Source of the DNA: a virus
DNA length: 64,000 nt
Direction: 5' to 3' (one strand)
Virus record (IMG/VR): IMGVR_UViG_3300028138_000003
Location: 429-64,428 of that record
In this document: positions 35,124-45,625 of the stretch, one piece after another
Position numbering within the stretch: the first letter of the stretch is position 1
Layout: the number at the start of each line of letters is the position of its first letter
Made by a program: the position numbers and the translations under genes
Notes under the pieces: generated by a model
What the model was told of the DNA's origin: nothing
The model's database searches: none
Seen by the model: only the letters and a program-made list of their open reading frames with translations

Positions 35124-36320
35124 GTGGGACTGTTCAGCAAAATTCTTCCGGCCCTTGAAGTAGTAGGCGGCATCGCGCTGATCGCGACCGGCGCCGGCGC
35201 ACTCGCGGGCGGCCTGCTCATCACGCAGGGCTTGGCGTCCAGCGGACTCATCGGCGGCAGCGTGGGTAAGTTCCTCAAGTCGGATGTGGGGCAGGGCCTC
35301 ATGATGGCTGCGAGCTTGGGCAGCACCGCGTACGCGATGTTTGGCCAGAGCGCACTGCAATCCGCGGGCACGGAACTGAGCAATACCGTAGCAGATCAGG
35401 CTAGCGAAGCGGCCGGCCAAGCGGGCGCATCCAGCGCCGGAAACATGGTGGAAGCCAATCAAGCCGCGGCGGACGCCAGCGGATCGCTTGCCAAGACCGG
35501 CGTGTCCTTCTCCAACAGCGTAGGCGTCAACACCGCCGCGTTTCCTGACGCTTCTACCGCCGCGTACAACGGGGCGCCAATGACTGAGATGACTGGCTCT
35601 ACAGCAGTGTCGGACAACATCAGCCCGCAGGCCAATCTGGCGCAGACTCAGGCGCTCAACGCCGACCGGGGCGCCGTGGCGCAGGCATCAGGGCAGAGCA
35701 TGCCCGGCATGGGTGAAGGGGGCTCCTCCTCCTACAACGGCTCGGCCCCGGCTGGTAACACCGGCCAGCCGACAGGCAACTTCGGAACTACCCCGCCTCA
35801 GGGTGCGGCACCTCCGGACTCGCTGGCCGCGCCGACTGGACCCAACGCGCCGACGATGCCGTCGAGCGGCCCGCCAAGCCCGGATCTCGAGGGAGCGTCG
35901 TACGCGCAGGCGCACGGCATGCCTTACGGCAATCCCGATGCGGCGGCGACCGATACTTCGGGCGGCGGATTCGGCAGCAATCTCCTCAAGTTCGCCAATA
36001 CCAAACTGGGCCAGTCGGCCATACAGGGCGCTGGCAGCGCGATCGGTGGTCTGGGTCAGGGCATGATGCAGGAAGCTGCGATGAACAAGCAGCTAAACTT
36101 CCTGCGCGAGCCCAACCAGTCGTTCGGCGGGCCAGCCGGGCAACAGGTGCTCGCGGCTTCGCAGTCGCCGATCACCGTGCCGAGTGGATACCTGCAGCGC
36201 GCACAGGCGCTCAAGCAGATGCTGGGTTCGAATGGTGCGGGCGCAGTGCCGAGCGCAAACTCGCCTGTTCCCGTGTGGGGCATGGGTTCAACGCCGCGCG
36301 GCGGCGTACCGGGAGGCTAA
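35124..36320 (+). CDS. internal virion protein (Gly/Ala/Ser-rich), 398 aa
   Basis: The N-terminal TM-like segment is LIATGAGALAGGLLIT. Low complexity. Confidence 0.45.
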   Translation: MGLFSKILPALEVVGGIALIATGAGALAGGLLITQGLASSGLIGGSVGKFLKSDVGQGLMMAASLGSTAYAMFGQSALQSAGTELSNTVADQASEAAGQAGASSAGNMVEANQAAADASGSLAKTGVSFSNSVGVNTAAFPDASTAAYNGAPMTEMTGSTAVSDNISPQANLAQTQALNADRGAVAQASGQSMPGMGEGGSSSYNGSAPAGNTGQPTGNFGTTPPQGAAPPDSLAAPTGPNAPTMPSSGPPSPDLEGASYAQAHGMPYGNPDAAATDTSGGGFGSNLLKFANTKLGQSAIQGAGSAIGGLGQGMMQEAAMNKQLNFLREPNQSFGGPAGQQVLAASQSPITVPSGYLQRAQALKQMLGSNGAGAVPSANSPVPVWGMGSTPRGGVPGG

Positions 36321-36321
36321 C

Positions 36322-37467
36322 GTGGCACTACTTGAAAAAGCCAAGAATGACGCCGGCAAGAAAGACAAACCCGCCGACGATAAAAAGCCCGTCGAAGACA
36401 AGGCAAAGCACAAGAAACCAGTCAAGCACGCTGCGCCTCCGAAGGCATCAGCTCAGCAGGCTGACAGCCAAGCCGACGCCGATGGCGGCGACGAGCAGGA
36501 CAGCGGCCCCGAGGCTAATGACCAGCAGGCCCCAAGTGAATCCCAAGACAGCGCCGCACCAGCGGGTGGGGATGATGGGGAACAGCAGGATGATGGCCAA
36601 GCTGGCGGCGGCGCCGCCCAGCCCGAAGAAGCCCAAGACGGCCAGCAGGGTGGTCAGAATGCTCAAGGTGGTTCTCCTGTTCCGGATCCCAACGCTCCTG
36701 GCGCCGGGATTTCTACGGGAGAGGATACCGCCGATGACGACAGCGACGCAAATGCTGGGCCTGCCGGGGCACAGAGCGCCATGGGCGGGCCGCAGTCGGC
36801 CAGCACGGCTAACGTGCCGCTGAGCCCGTCCCTGAAGGAAGCCTACCAGTCGCTCGACAAGGAACTCGTGGAGACGCTATACCAGAAGGGCGCGGCCGAG
36901 CACCTGCTGCCCGCGCTGTACGCGCAGGGCCCGGACAAGATCAAGTCGATCGTCACTGTGTCAGTGATGCTCGCCAAGGCGATCTTCACCAAGCAGAAGG
37001 CTCCCTTGCCGCTGGCGTTGCCGTTTGCCCGCGACACCGCGGCTCACGTCATGCAGATTGGCGAGCAGGTGAAACAGATTCAGTACTCCGATCAGGAGTG
37101 CACGGCCGTGTTCGGCGCGGTCTACGAGGGGATGCTGCGCGCGTTCGGCGTAACCAAGCAGCAGTTCACCCACGCACAGCACATGATGCCGAAGAGCCAG
37201 ATGAGCAAGCACGCGCAGGCCTACGTGTCGGCGCATCAGCATGCCATGGGCGCGATCGAGAAGAACAACACCACCCCGCACGCGGACCACGCTGGCCCCG
37301 CAGGCCCGCCAGCGCAGGCTGCCGGCCCGCAGGGACCGCAGGGTGCCCCGCAGGGCGGCATGCTAGCGCAGGGCGCGCAGCAGAGCGGCGGAGCCCCGGA
37401 AGGCTCGCCTCAGGAAGAAGCGGCGGAGTCGCCGCAGGAAGAGGCACAGGAGCAGGCTAATGGGTAG
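36322..37467 (+). CDS. internal virion protein with acidic low-complexity N-terminal region, 381 aa
   Basis: GTG at 36322 follows GGGAGG. It is in frame with ORF-track call 36184-37467. Confidence 0.45.
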   Translation: MALLEKAKNDAGKKDKPADDKKPVEDKAKHKKPVKHAAPPKASAQQADSQADADGGDEQDSGPEANDQQAPSESQDSAAPAGGDDGEQQDDGQAGGGAAQPEEAQDGQQGGQNAQGGSPVPDPNAPGAGISTGEDTADDDSDANAGPAGAQSAMGGPQSASTANVPLSPSLKEAYQSLDKELVETLYQKGAAEHLLPALYAQGPDKIKSIVTVSVMLAKAIFTKQKAPLPLALPFARDTAAHVMQIGEQVKQIQYSDQECTAVFGAVYEGMLRAFGVTKQQFTHAQHMMPKSQMSKHAQAYVSAHQHAMGAIEKNNTTPHADHAGPAGPPAQAAGPQGPQGAPQGGMLAQGAQQSGGAPEGSPQEEAAESPQEEAQEQANG

Positions 37468-38398
37468 TCTGGCATTCGCAGCTGGCGGCGCGCTCGAGGG
37501 CGGCGGCAAGGGCATTGCCGACGCTGCGTCGCAGAACCTCAAGGAGATGATGGAAGAGAAGCTCATGAACCTCAAGGAGGGGTATGAGAACCAGCGGCAG
37601 CAGGCCGAGTTCGGTCAGCAGACCGCGCTGGCGGGGCGCCGCGAGGAATTCGAGCGTGGCATGAAGGAGCGCGAGTTCGAAGTTGGCCGGCAGTCTGCCG
37701 AGGCCACGCGCGGCTTCGAGAAGTGGAAGGAAGAGCAGAACGTCGACGCGAAGAAGTACGCGTCCGATTCGTCCTACGCGGCGCGCGTCGACTCGGCGTA
37801 CCTGCGCGGCGCCATGTCTGAGCGCGCGGCTGCGAACAAGCCGGGTAGCGGCGACTGGGTTAAGGCCCCCGTCAATATCGCGGCGATGAAGATGAACCCG
37901 GAAACCCACCAGATGGAGCCGGACCTCACTGCGCCGCCCAGTCAGAAGCAGGGTATGGCCAACAAGCGCACGGGTCGCGTCTATGCTCCGCAGGGCGAAA
38001 AGTACGTGCCTTGGGATAACGAAAAGTATGGCCCGTCACCTAGCAAGGGGACCGCCAAGGCTCCGCCTACCTCCGCGGAGATCGCGGACTTGGTCAAGGA
38101 CCCCGACGGCGTGATTCCGCCGGATCCGAAGAATCCGAATAATCCCAACGTTGGCCTGCGCAAAGCGGACGTGTTCGAAGCTGTGCACGGGTTCTTGCCT
38201 GCGCCTTACTTCAACGCGGTCAACCGCGGGCAGGGTGGCGGCAGCGCTGCGAGCATGAGCAAGACCGAGTCCCTGCAGATGCCTTCCGGGCGTGTGTTCA
38301 AGGGGCATGTTCCCGCGGCGAACGTAGGCCCGGATCCGTACGGCGAGAACAGCGACACCCCGACAGCGCAGGACAGCGACAACACGCCCGCACAGTAG
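37460..38398 (+). CDS. internal virion protein, 312 aa
   Basis: ORF-track call. ATGG overlap. Charged coiled-coil N-terminus. Confidence 0.45.
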   Translation: MGSLAFAAGGALEGGGKGIADAASQNLKEMMEEKLMNLKEGYENQRQQAEFGQQTALAGRREEFERGMKEREFEVGRQSAEATRGFEKWKEEQNVDAKKYASDSSYAARVDSAYLRGAMSERAAANKPGSGDWVKAPVNIAAMKMNPETHQMEPDLTAPPSQKQGMANKRTGRVYAPQGEKYVPWDNEKYGPSPSKGTAKAPPTSAEIADLVKDPDGVIPPDPKNPNNPNVGLRKADVFEAVHGFLPAPYFNAVNRGQGGGSAASMSKTESLQMPSGRVFKGHVPAANVGPDPYGENSDTPTAQDSDNTPAQ

Positions 38399-38407
38399 GA
38401 GAACTCT

Positions 38408-41400
38408 ATGGCTGCTGCGGAAGACGCTCCGGCCGAACAACAACCTGCACGCCCAGCATACTGGGATGCCCCGATGGGCGAAGGCGCTCCCGCGCCGCAG
38501 CACGATGACGCCGCCTCCATGGGCCGGCAGTCTGTCGCGGGTCCCGACGCCGAGCAGGAAGCGCCCCGGCCCGCCTACTGGGACGCCCCGCTAGCCGCGG
38601 CGCCCGAGCCAGAAGCCAAGCCGACCGAGGCCCCCAAGCCCGCTGAGAGCACTTTCGGTACTGACGTTCTGACGGGCATCGGTGCGCGCGGCGCGCAGAT
38701 GTATCACGGCGCCAAGGAAGCCATGGCGAACCACCAATTCTCTTCAGCGCGCGAAGAATTCTACCGAACCATGGTCCTTGGCGACGCCGTCCGCGACGCG
38801 GGCAAGGCAGGCATCGCGCTTATCGACGACCCGGTGGTGCAGGAGATCTCCAAGCACGTAGGCATGCGCCCTGACCAGTTCGTCCGCGGATGGTACAACT
38901 ACGTCAACCTGTCCGAGGAAGAGAAGCAGAAGCGCCTCGGCGAGCTCCAGCAGCAGATGGTCGAAGCCACCGGCAACATCGCCGAGGCGTCGCACGGTCG
39001 CGCGCTGGCGGGGCAGGTGTCACGCGAGGCCATGCCGCGAGAACACCAGTTTGCCTACAAGGCCCTGACGATGGCCCCCGAGATACTGGGCGGGCTGGGC
39101 ATTTCCATGATCCCCGGTGGCCAAGCCCCGGCAGCTGCGATGTTCATGTCCGACTTCGGACTCACCAGCTACGCCCAAGCGCGCGACAGCGGCGCATCCG
39201 ACGACCAAGCCAAGGTCTACGGCGTGCTCTCGGGACTCGCGGCCACCGTGCCTCAGGTACCCGTCATGACGGCCCTGCAGAAGACCCCCGCGGCGCAGGC
39301 GCTTATGCAGACTGCGATCGGCAAGGTACTGGCCCAGAACGCCGCCGGCCGCGTAGCGGGCGCCGTAGCGAGCCAGGCGACCAACGAGTCGCTGGCGCTT
39401 GCCGTCCAGAACACCCTCCAGATCGCCATCGACAAGGGAGTGCTCGACCAGAACACCACCCTCGGCGAGGCGCTGCGCACGATCGGGGAAGGCGCGCTCA
39501 TGGGCGCGACCTTCGGCTCCTTCAGCGGCGCCGCACACAGCGGCGTCAACCGGCTGGTCAATGGTCCTGCCGCTACGCAGGGCCCGGGCGCCAGCGACGC
39601 AATGACCAACCGCATCCTCGAGGCGCAGCACACGGCCATGGACGCCGCGCAGACTGACGCCGAGCAGGCGGCCTTGGCGGCAGGCGGCGACGCCCTCGAC
39701 GGCAAGGTAGCCGCCATTCAGGCGAACGCCCATGTCAGTGCCGAGCACGACGCCGCGACAGTGCACCAGACCCGGGTCGAGGCAGCCCGCAAGTCGGCCG
39801 AGGACGAGATCGCCAACGCGCAGGCGGCCGAAGACGAGCTGAAGAAGGATCAGGACTTCGGCGCCGCCGAGCGGCAGGCCGGCAAGGTCGGCAATGCCCC
39901 GAGCGCCGATGAGGCGTTCGCCCAGCGTGAGCAGGAGGGAGCGCTCGCCGCCAAGCGCGCGGAGGCCCAGAAGGACCGGGACTTCGTTCCCGCCAAGAAC
40001 CAGGCGGCCGATCAGGATGTCGCGCAGGCAGAGGTCGCCGAGGAGAAGGGCGGGGCCTCACCGGCCAAGCCGACGCTGGCCGAGGCGCTGCCGACCGAGC
40101 AGGTGAACGCCCTGCAGGCACTTAGGGACCGGCTGGCGGCCCAAAGATCGGCCAACGAACCGGCCAAAGAGACTACCGCCGCGGAGCGCCTCAAGGCGCA
40201 GAACCCGGAGGACGACTTCCAGCAGCTGGGTCCTGAGGTGCCTAAAGCCACCAAGGGCGAGCCCAAGTTCATCCTCGACCCGCTCGACGAGCTAGCCCCG
40301 GGCAAGGCCAAAGCCCCGGAGAAGGCCCCAGAGCCGACCGAGGATGAGGAGGAGCCAACGGGCGGCCCGCCCCCCGTAACGGCGCAGACGCTGGCTGAGC
40401 GCCGGCAGCAGGCCTTGGACGCAGCTATGGCCGCCAAGGTCCGCGGTCCCGTGGCCAAGGAAGCTCCGATAGCCGCCCACCGGCGCGACCTCACCGCACT
40501 GGAGCGGGATCTGCCCGCGCCGGCGGAGGGCACCACGCGCCTGTGGCGCGGCGGCAAGAAAGGGGAAGGCCCGGGTGAGCAGACCCGCTTTACTGACGAT
40601 CCGGCCGGCATCGCGATGCCCTTCGAGAAGGGATACGGCGGTAGGCTGTTCCACGTAGACGTCCCCACCGACCAGTTGGAAGGGTACCGCAACGGGCCGA
40701 ACGACCCGGGTGCTTTCAACCTACCCAAAGAACTGGCTGCAAAGGCGCAGGACTCTCGCAATCTAGCCAAGGACAAAGTAGCGCCGAAGGGCGCGCTGGC
40801 CGAGCGCCGCGCCGCCGCCCGACCGCCGCTGCAGCAGGGGGTCGACCCGGCCGAGCGGCTCCTCGAGGAGCAGGTCAAGAAGGACGCCGACGCCGCCGCT
40901 GCCAACCCGAAGGGCAAGCGACCCCCGCTGGTGCAGGGCCGAGACCTTGCGGGGCCGCTGATTGAGGCGAAAGCTCGCAGAGACGCCGAAGCCGCGGCGG
41001 CGCCTACGACCACCGAAGAGGCCCCTGCCCCAGCTACCGCCGAGGCACCGATCGCCGCTCCTGAAGCCGCTGAAAAAGAGTCGGCTCGCATAGAAGCCGA
41101 ACGCACGCGCCCAACCGATGCCCTGTCGGCGGCCCCGGCCAAACCGAACCGGCTGGCCGCGATCCGCGCTGCGCAGGAAAAGCGCAACCAGCGCATCCGT
41201 ACCCCGGCCGAGCAGAGCATCATCGACGACCTGCGCGCGGGGCGGGCGAAGAAGGGCGAAGAGCCGCCACGCTTCGCCGACGTGCGGCAAGCCAATGTGT
41301 GGAAGCGCATGAACGACGAGCTTGCCGAGCACCGAGCGGCAATGGACAAGGCGCGCGACGCCGGAGACGTGCGCGGGTATAACGCCGCAGCAGACAAGTA

Positions 41401-44400
41401 CGACGCGCTGCACGAGCGCATCATGCGTGTCGCCAAGCAGCAGGCCGAGGCACCCCCGGAGCGTCCGGCGCCCGGCTCCAAGCCCACTGGCCGGTTCGCG
41501 GCAATCAAAGATCGCGCCGCCAACCTAAAGCGTTGGTTCGGCAAGAGCGTGGTCAAGAACGCCGACGGCTCGCCGAAGGTCGTATACCATGGCACCCCGG
41601 TGTGGGAGCGCAACGGCAAGAGTCTCGGAGACGTCACGAGCTTCGATCGCAATGCTGCCGGCAAGGCGCTGAACCGCACGCCAGGGATGGACGCCGTTGG
41701 CTCGTGGTTCACAGATAGTCCTGAGGGCGCGGGCGACTTCTCGGGTAGCGAAGGCGTAGTCTACCCAACGCACCTCAAGATCGAGAACCCGTGGCGCCCC
41801 ACGAGCTTCGACGAGTTCCTTGCCCGTGGCCGCAAGGCTGCCGGCCTGCCGCCCAAGGGCAATCCAATGGGCCGGTTCGATCCGCAGTACCTGCGCAACG
41901 AGCTGAAGAGGGCTGGGCACGACGGCATTATCTTCCCGAGCATGAAGATCGATGGCCGCGAGCAGCAGTACCACGTCGCCTTCGAGCCAGAGCAGGTGAA
42001 GTCAGCTGTCGGCAATAGTGGCGACTTCGATCCAGCCAATCCCGACATCCGCAGCAAGACGGCCGAAGAGAATATAGCCGAGGACATGGACCGCGCGACT
42101 AACCCGCGCATGACCAAGGACGAGGCGACCGAGCACCTCAAGCCGGTGCTCGCCAAGATCCACCCCGCGGTGGCCGCGCGCACGCACGTGCACGGCGACA
42201 AGAATGACGCACTGGCCCTGCCCGATAGCCAGCTGTCTGCGCGCACCAAGGAGCAGTTGCGCAACTACGAGGGCACGCCGGCGGGCCTGTACGACCCCGA
42301 CACGAACACTGTGCACGTCTTCGGCGACGGGCATCTGGCCAGCCCGACAGACGACGGACGTCCGGGCGGGCAGAGCGAAATCATCAAGACGCTGGCCCAC
42401 GAGTACACGCACATGGGTCTGCGTAACATATTGGGCGCCGACTATCGGAAGACCATGCTCGACCTCGCCAACAAAGTGAAGAATCGACAGCTCGCCAAGG
42501 ACCTCATCGAAGCGCGCGGATTCGACGTAGGCAGCGAGGAACACATGACCGCCCTTGGCGATGAGTACGCGGCGCACTTGGCCGAGGACGCCAACGCCGA
42601 TCCGGGCCTCTGGCGAACGGTCGTCGACGGCGTGCGGCGTGCGCTCCGCAAAGTCGGCTTGGTGCGCAACTGGACCGACGACGATATTCGCGATCTGGTA
42701 CGGCGCAACAACCCGATGCTAGGCGAGACCGATGCCGCGGCTCGAGCGGGCCTCGCGTACAAGGGCGACGTCCCGCGGTTCGCCGACAACAAGGCGACGG
42801 ACCACCAGATCGATCGCGATCTCGACCCGACGGATCCCAAGGCGATCCAGTACAAGCTGGCGCGCACTGTGGAAGAGCAGATGGACGCCAACCGGGGCTC
42901 GATCGACTCCCGCACAGCGTGGGACAACTTCGTGGCGCAGGCCCAGAAGACAGGACGCAACTTGGCCGAGTGGGGCCGGGGCACCAATGACAACAAGCGG
43001 CTGGGCTGGATCGGGCTTCGCAACATGATGGACTTCATGCGCAAGGACCTAATGCCGGACCTCCATGGCTTCATCGACGACCACGACGCGATGGATGGCA
43101 TGCGTGGGCGCCTCGTCAACGAGGGCGCGGACATCGCGCGCAAGTGGTCGAAGTGGCAGGCCAAGCAGGACGACCGAGGCTGGGGCTTGTCCGAACTCAT
43201 GCACTCCTCGACGCTGCTGGGGCACGACGCCTCGAAGCCGTACGAGTCGCAGTACACCAAGGAAGAGCTGGCCGAGTCGCCCGACAAGCGTCAGGACGAT
43301 CGGTATCAGCGCGCCCTGCATGCAGGGCTGAAGAAGACTTACGACTCCGACGCTCTCGGCTCCGAAGGCCGCGAACTCTACAACACGGTGCGCGACCACT
43401 ACGCGACTGCCCGGCAGCGCATCTTCGACGCGCTCACCCGGCGTATCGAGGAGACTGGCGCAGACGAGAACACGAAGAAGCAGCTCATGGCGGAACTCCG
43501 GCAGCGGTTCGAATCTGGCCGGGTCAAGGGCGTGTACTTCCCGCTGCAGCGCTTCGGCAACCGCTGGGCCCGCGCGATGGACGCCGAGGGCAACCACGTC
43601 GCCTTCTCTCGCTTCGAGAACAAGGACGACCAAGACCAGTGGCTCAAGCACATGCGCGATCAGGGGCTGGAGGTCGACAAGGGTCAGCAGATCGATTCGA
43701 AGTCTGAGATGGAGCGCATCGATCCCGACTTCGTGAAGAAGGTCATGTCGCTGGCGCACGACGCGGACGGCTCCGGCGAGCTGGAGAAAGAGATCTGGCA
43801 GACCTACCTCAAGGCCATGCCTGAGATGTCGATGCGCAAGCACTTCATCATGCGGCAGGGGCGGCTCGGCTTCTCGCAGGACGCGCTGCGCGCGTTCGCC
43901 TACAACTCATTCCATGGCGCTCACCAGCAAGCACGGCTGGAGTATGGCAATAGACTAGATACTCGACTAGCAAATGTGAAGAAGCAGGCCGAGGCGCTGG
44001 CGACCGTAAGTGCCCAGAATCCCGGCGATAAGCTTGCAGATAAGAACTCCGAGTGGGGCGCTGCGCTGGCCAAAGAACTAGAACAGCGACTAGATTGGAT
44101 CAAGAATCCGCGGTCCTCGCCGTGGGCGTCGAACCTCACTAAGTTTGGCTTCCTCTGGTACCTCGCCGCGGCACCGGCGACGGCGCTGCGCATCTCGCTG
44201 CAGAACACCATGCTGGCCCAGCCACAGATTGCCCGGCACTTCGGGCAGATCGGGGCGACCAAGGAACTGAGCAAGGCGGTGCTGCAGTGGGCCGGCGCCC
44301 GCGGCAAGCTCTCCGACAAGCTCCGCGGCGATGAGCGCGCGGCCTTCGAGCGCGCGGCCGACATGGGGATCTTCTCCAACACGAACACGACCATGCTGGC

Positions 44401-45625
44401 CTCGGGCGGCGAGGGCGCGCCGATGACTGGCGCGTATGATAAGTTCCAGCGCGTGGCCGGCTACCTGTTCAATGCGATGGAGCACAAGAACCGCATGACG
44501 ACCTTCCTCGCCACGTACCGGCTGGGGGTCAAGAAGGGCATGAGCACCGACGATGCGTTCAAGCTCGCCCGCAACGTGACGTGGGACAGCCACTTCGACT
44601 ACACCAACGCCAACCGCCCGGGCGTGCTGCAGAACGACTTCGCCAAGGTGGCGGGGCTCTTCCGCCAGTACGCTTGGGGCGTAACGTATCGGCTGGGGCG
44701 CGACCTGCGCGACTCCTTTAAGGCCGACTCCACGAAGGAAGAGCGCTTGTCCGCGGCGCACGCGTTCAGCAACACGATGGCGCGCATGATGCTGTACGCG
44801 GGCGTCACGGGAGTTGGTATCGGCTTCCCGGTCTACGGACTCATCTCCGGGCTGACCAACGCGATCATGAACCAGGTCGACCCCGACCGGCCGTTCGACA
44901 TGACTCAGGCGCTGCACGAGCACCTGCAGGATCACCTCGGCAAGACGGCAGCCGACTCGATCATGACCGGGCCTGCCAGCCAGATCACCGGCGCAGCACT
45001 CAGCCGCGGCGCGAGCTACAACGACATGTGGTACAAGCCACCCGATCGGGAGATGAAGGGCCGCGATCAGGTCATGGACGCCATGGGGCAGTTCCTGGGC
45101 CCGGTGGCTGCCATCCCGATCAACGCCGTCACCGGCGCGGACATGATGGCGCAGGGGCACTTCGAGCGCGGGCTCGAGCACTTCCTGCCGCCTGAGTCGG
45201 CGGCGCTCGCCAAGTCACTACGTTATAGCCAAGAAGGCGCTAAAAATCTAAAAGGCGATACAGTGGTCGACAAGAAAGAGCTGTCGAAGTGGGACATCGC
45301 GGTGCAGGGCGCGGGCTTCACGCCGCAGAAGATCGCCGCGCAGAACGAGATCAATACCCAGAAGCAGAACTACATCGACCGCGTGCAGACGCGCAAGCAG
45401 GCGCTCAGCACCAACCTGCGAGCCGCCATCGTGGCGAGCGACGACAAGGAAGAGAAGTCAGTGCTGAAGCAGGTCGACCACTTCAACACCGCGCACCCGG
45501 GCGATGCGATCGGCTGGCGCGAGGTGCAACAGATTCGCTCGGAGGCCCGCGCTGCGGCGCTCTCCGATCGCGGCGTCAGAGAGCCAAAGGGGCTTCGTGA
45601 GGAAGTCCAGAGGAAGTTCAAATGA
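38408..45625 (+). CDS. giant polyvalent virion / ejection protein (2405 aa) with an ADP-ribosyltransferase-like segment and a HExxH Zn-peptidase domain
   Basis: The ADP-ribosyltransferase-like segment lies at about nt 41570-42010 (VVYHGT...GxxF...HVAFEPE; H-Y-E-type signature with YHGT as in diphtheria toxin). The metallopeptidase motif TLAHEYTHMG lies at 42391-42420. The N-terminus is an Ala/Glu-rich coiled coil. The C-terminal roughly 1000 aa carry hydrophobic segments. Confidence 0.75.
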   Translation: MAAAEDAPAEQQPARPAYWDAPMGEGAPAPQHDDAASMGRQSVAGPDAEQEAPRPAYWDAPLAAAPEPEAKPTEAPKPAESTFGTDVLTGIGARGAQMYHGAKEAMANHQFSSAREEFYRTMVLGDAVRDAGKAGIALIDDPVVQEISKHVGMRPDQFVRGWYNYVNLSEEEKQKRLGELQQQMVEATGNIAEASHGRALAGQVSREAMPREHQFAYKALTMAPEILGGLGISMIPGGQAPAAAMFMSDFGLTSYAQARDSGASDDQAKVYGVLSGLAATVPQVPVMTALQKTPAAQALMQTAIGKVLAQNAAGRVAGAVASQATNESLALAVQNTLQIAIDKGVLDQNTTLGEALRTIGEGALMGATFGSFSGAAHSGVNRLVNGPAATQGPGASDAMTNRILEAQHTAMDAAQTDAEQAALAAGGDALDGKVAAIQANAHVSAEHDAATVHQTRVEAARKSAEDEIANAQAAEDELKKDQDFGAAERQAGKVGNAPSADEAFAQREQEGALAAKRAEAQKDRDFVPAKNQAADQDVAQAEVAEEKGGASPAKPTLAEALPTEQVNALQALRDRLAAQRSANEPAKETTAAERLKAQNPEDDFQQLGPEVPKATKGEPKFILDPLDELAPGKAKAPEKAPEPTEDEEEPTGGPPPVTAQTLAERRQQALDAAMAAKVRGPVAKEAPIAAHRRDLTALERDLPAPAEGTTRLWRGGKKGEGPGEQTRFTDDPAGIAMPFEKGYGGRLFHVDVPTDQLEGYRNGPNDPGAFNLPKELAAKAQDSRNLAKDKVAPKGALAERRAAARPPLQQGVDPAERLLEEQVKKDADAAAANPKGKRPPLVQGRDLAGPLIEAKARRDAEAAAAPTTTEEAPAPATAEAPIAAPEAAEKESARIEAERTRPTDALSAAPAKPNRLAAIRAAQEKRNQRIRTPAEQSIIDDLRAGRAKKGEEPPRFADVRQANVWKRMNDELAEHRAAMDKARDAGDVRGYNAAADKYDALHERIMRVAKQQAEAPPERPAPGSKPTGRFAAIKDRAANLKRWFGKSVVKNADGSPKVVYHGTPVWERNGKSLGDVTSFDRNAAGKALNRTPGMDAVGSWFTDSPEGAGDFSGSEGVVYPTHLKIENPWRPTSFDEFLARGRKAAGLPPKGNPMGRFDPQYLRNELKRAGHDGIIFPSMKIDGREQQYHVAFEPEQVKSAVGNSGDFDPANPDIRSKTAEENIAEDMDRATNPRMTKDEATEHLKPVLAKIHPAVAARTHVHGDKNDALALPDSQLSARTKEQLRNYEGTPAGLYDPDTNTVHVFGDGHLASPTDDGRPGGQSEIIKTLAHEYTHMGLRNILGADYRKTMLDLANKVKNRQLAKDLIEARGFDVGSEEHMTALGDEYAAHLAEDANADPGLWRTVVDGVRRALRKVGLVRNWTDDDIRDLVRRNNPMLGETDAAARAGLAYKGDVPRFADNKATDHQIDRDLDPTDPKAIQYKLARTVEEQMDANRGSIDSRTAWDNFVAQAQKTGRNLAEWGRGTNDNKRLGWIGLRNMMDFMRKDLMPDLHGFIDDHDAMDGMRGRLVNEGADIARKWSKWQAKQDDRGWGLSELMHSSTLLGHDASKPYESQYTKEELAESPDKRQDDRYQRALHAGLKKTYDSDALGSEGRELYNTVRDHYATARQRIFDALTRRIEETGADENTKKQLMAELRQRFESGRVKGVYFPLQRFGNRWARAMDAEGNHVAFSRFENKDDQDQWLKHMRDQGLEVDKGQQIDSKSEMERIDPDFVKKVMSLAHDADGSGELEKEIWQTYLKAMPEMSMRKHFIMRQGRLGFSQDALRAFAYNSFHGAHQQARLEYGNRLDTRLANVKKQAEALATVSAQNPGDKLADKNSEWGAALAKELEQRLDWIKNPRSSPWASNLTKFGFLWYLAAAPATALRISLQNTMLAQPQIARHFGQIGATKELSKAVLQWAGARGKLSDKLRGDERAAFERAADMGIFSNTNTTMLASGGEGAPMTGAYDKFQRVAGYLFNAMEHKNRMTTFLATYRLGVKKGMSTDDAFKLARNVTWDSHFDYTNANRPGVLQNDFAKVAGLFRQYAWGVTYRLGRDLRDSFKADSTKEERLSAAHAFSNTMARMMLYAGVTGVGIGFPVYGLISGLTNAIMNQVDPDRPFDMTQALHEHLQDHLGKTAADSIMTGPASQITGAALSRGASYNDMWYKPPDREMKGRDQVMDAMGQFLGPVAAIPINAVTGADMMAQGHFERGLEHFLPPESAALAKSLRYSQEGAKNLKGDTVVDKKELSKWDIAVQGAGFTPQKIAAQNEINTQKQNYIDRVQTRKQALSTNLRAAIVASDDKEEKSVLKQVDHFNTAHPGDAIGWREVQQIRSEARAAALSDRGVREPKGLREEVQRKFK

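Noticed and set aside
38744-45181. Many antisense and off-frame ORFs inside the giant gene, including the 566-aa ORF at 40012-41712 and the 363-aa ORF at 44090-45181
   Set aside because: They lie entirely within a continuous 7.2-kb coding frame. Their composition is Arg/Ala/Ser-rich, and there are no start signals.
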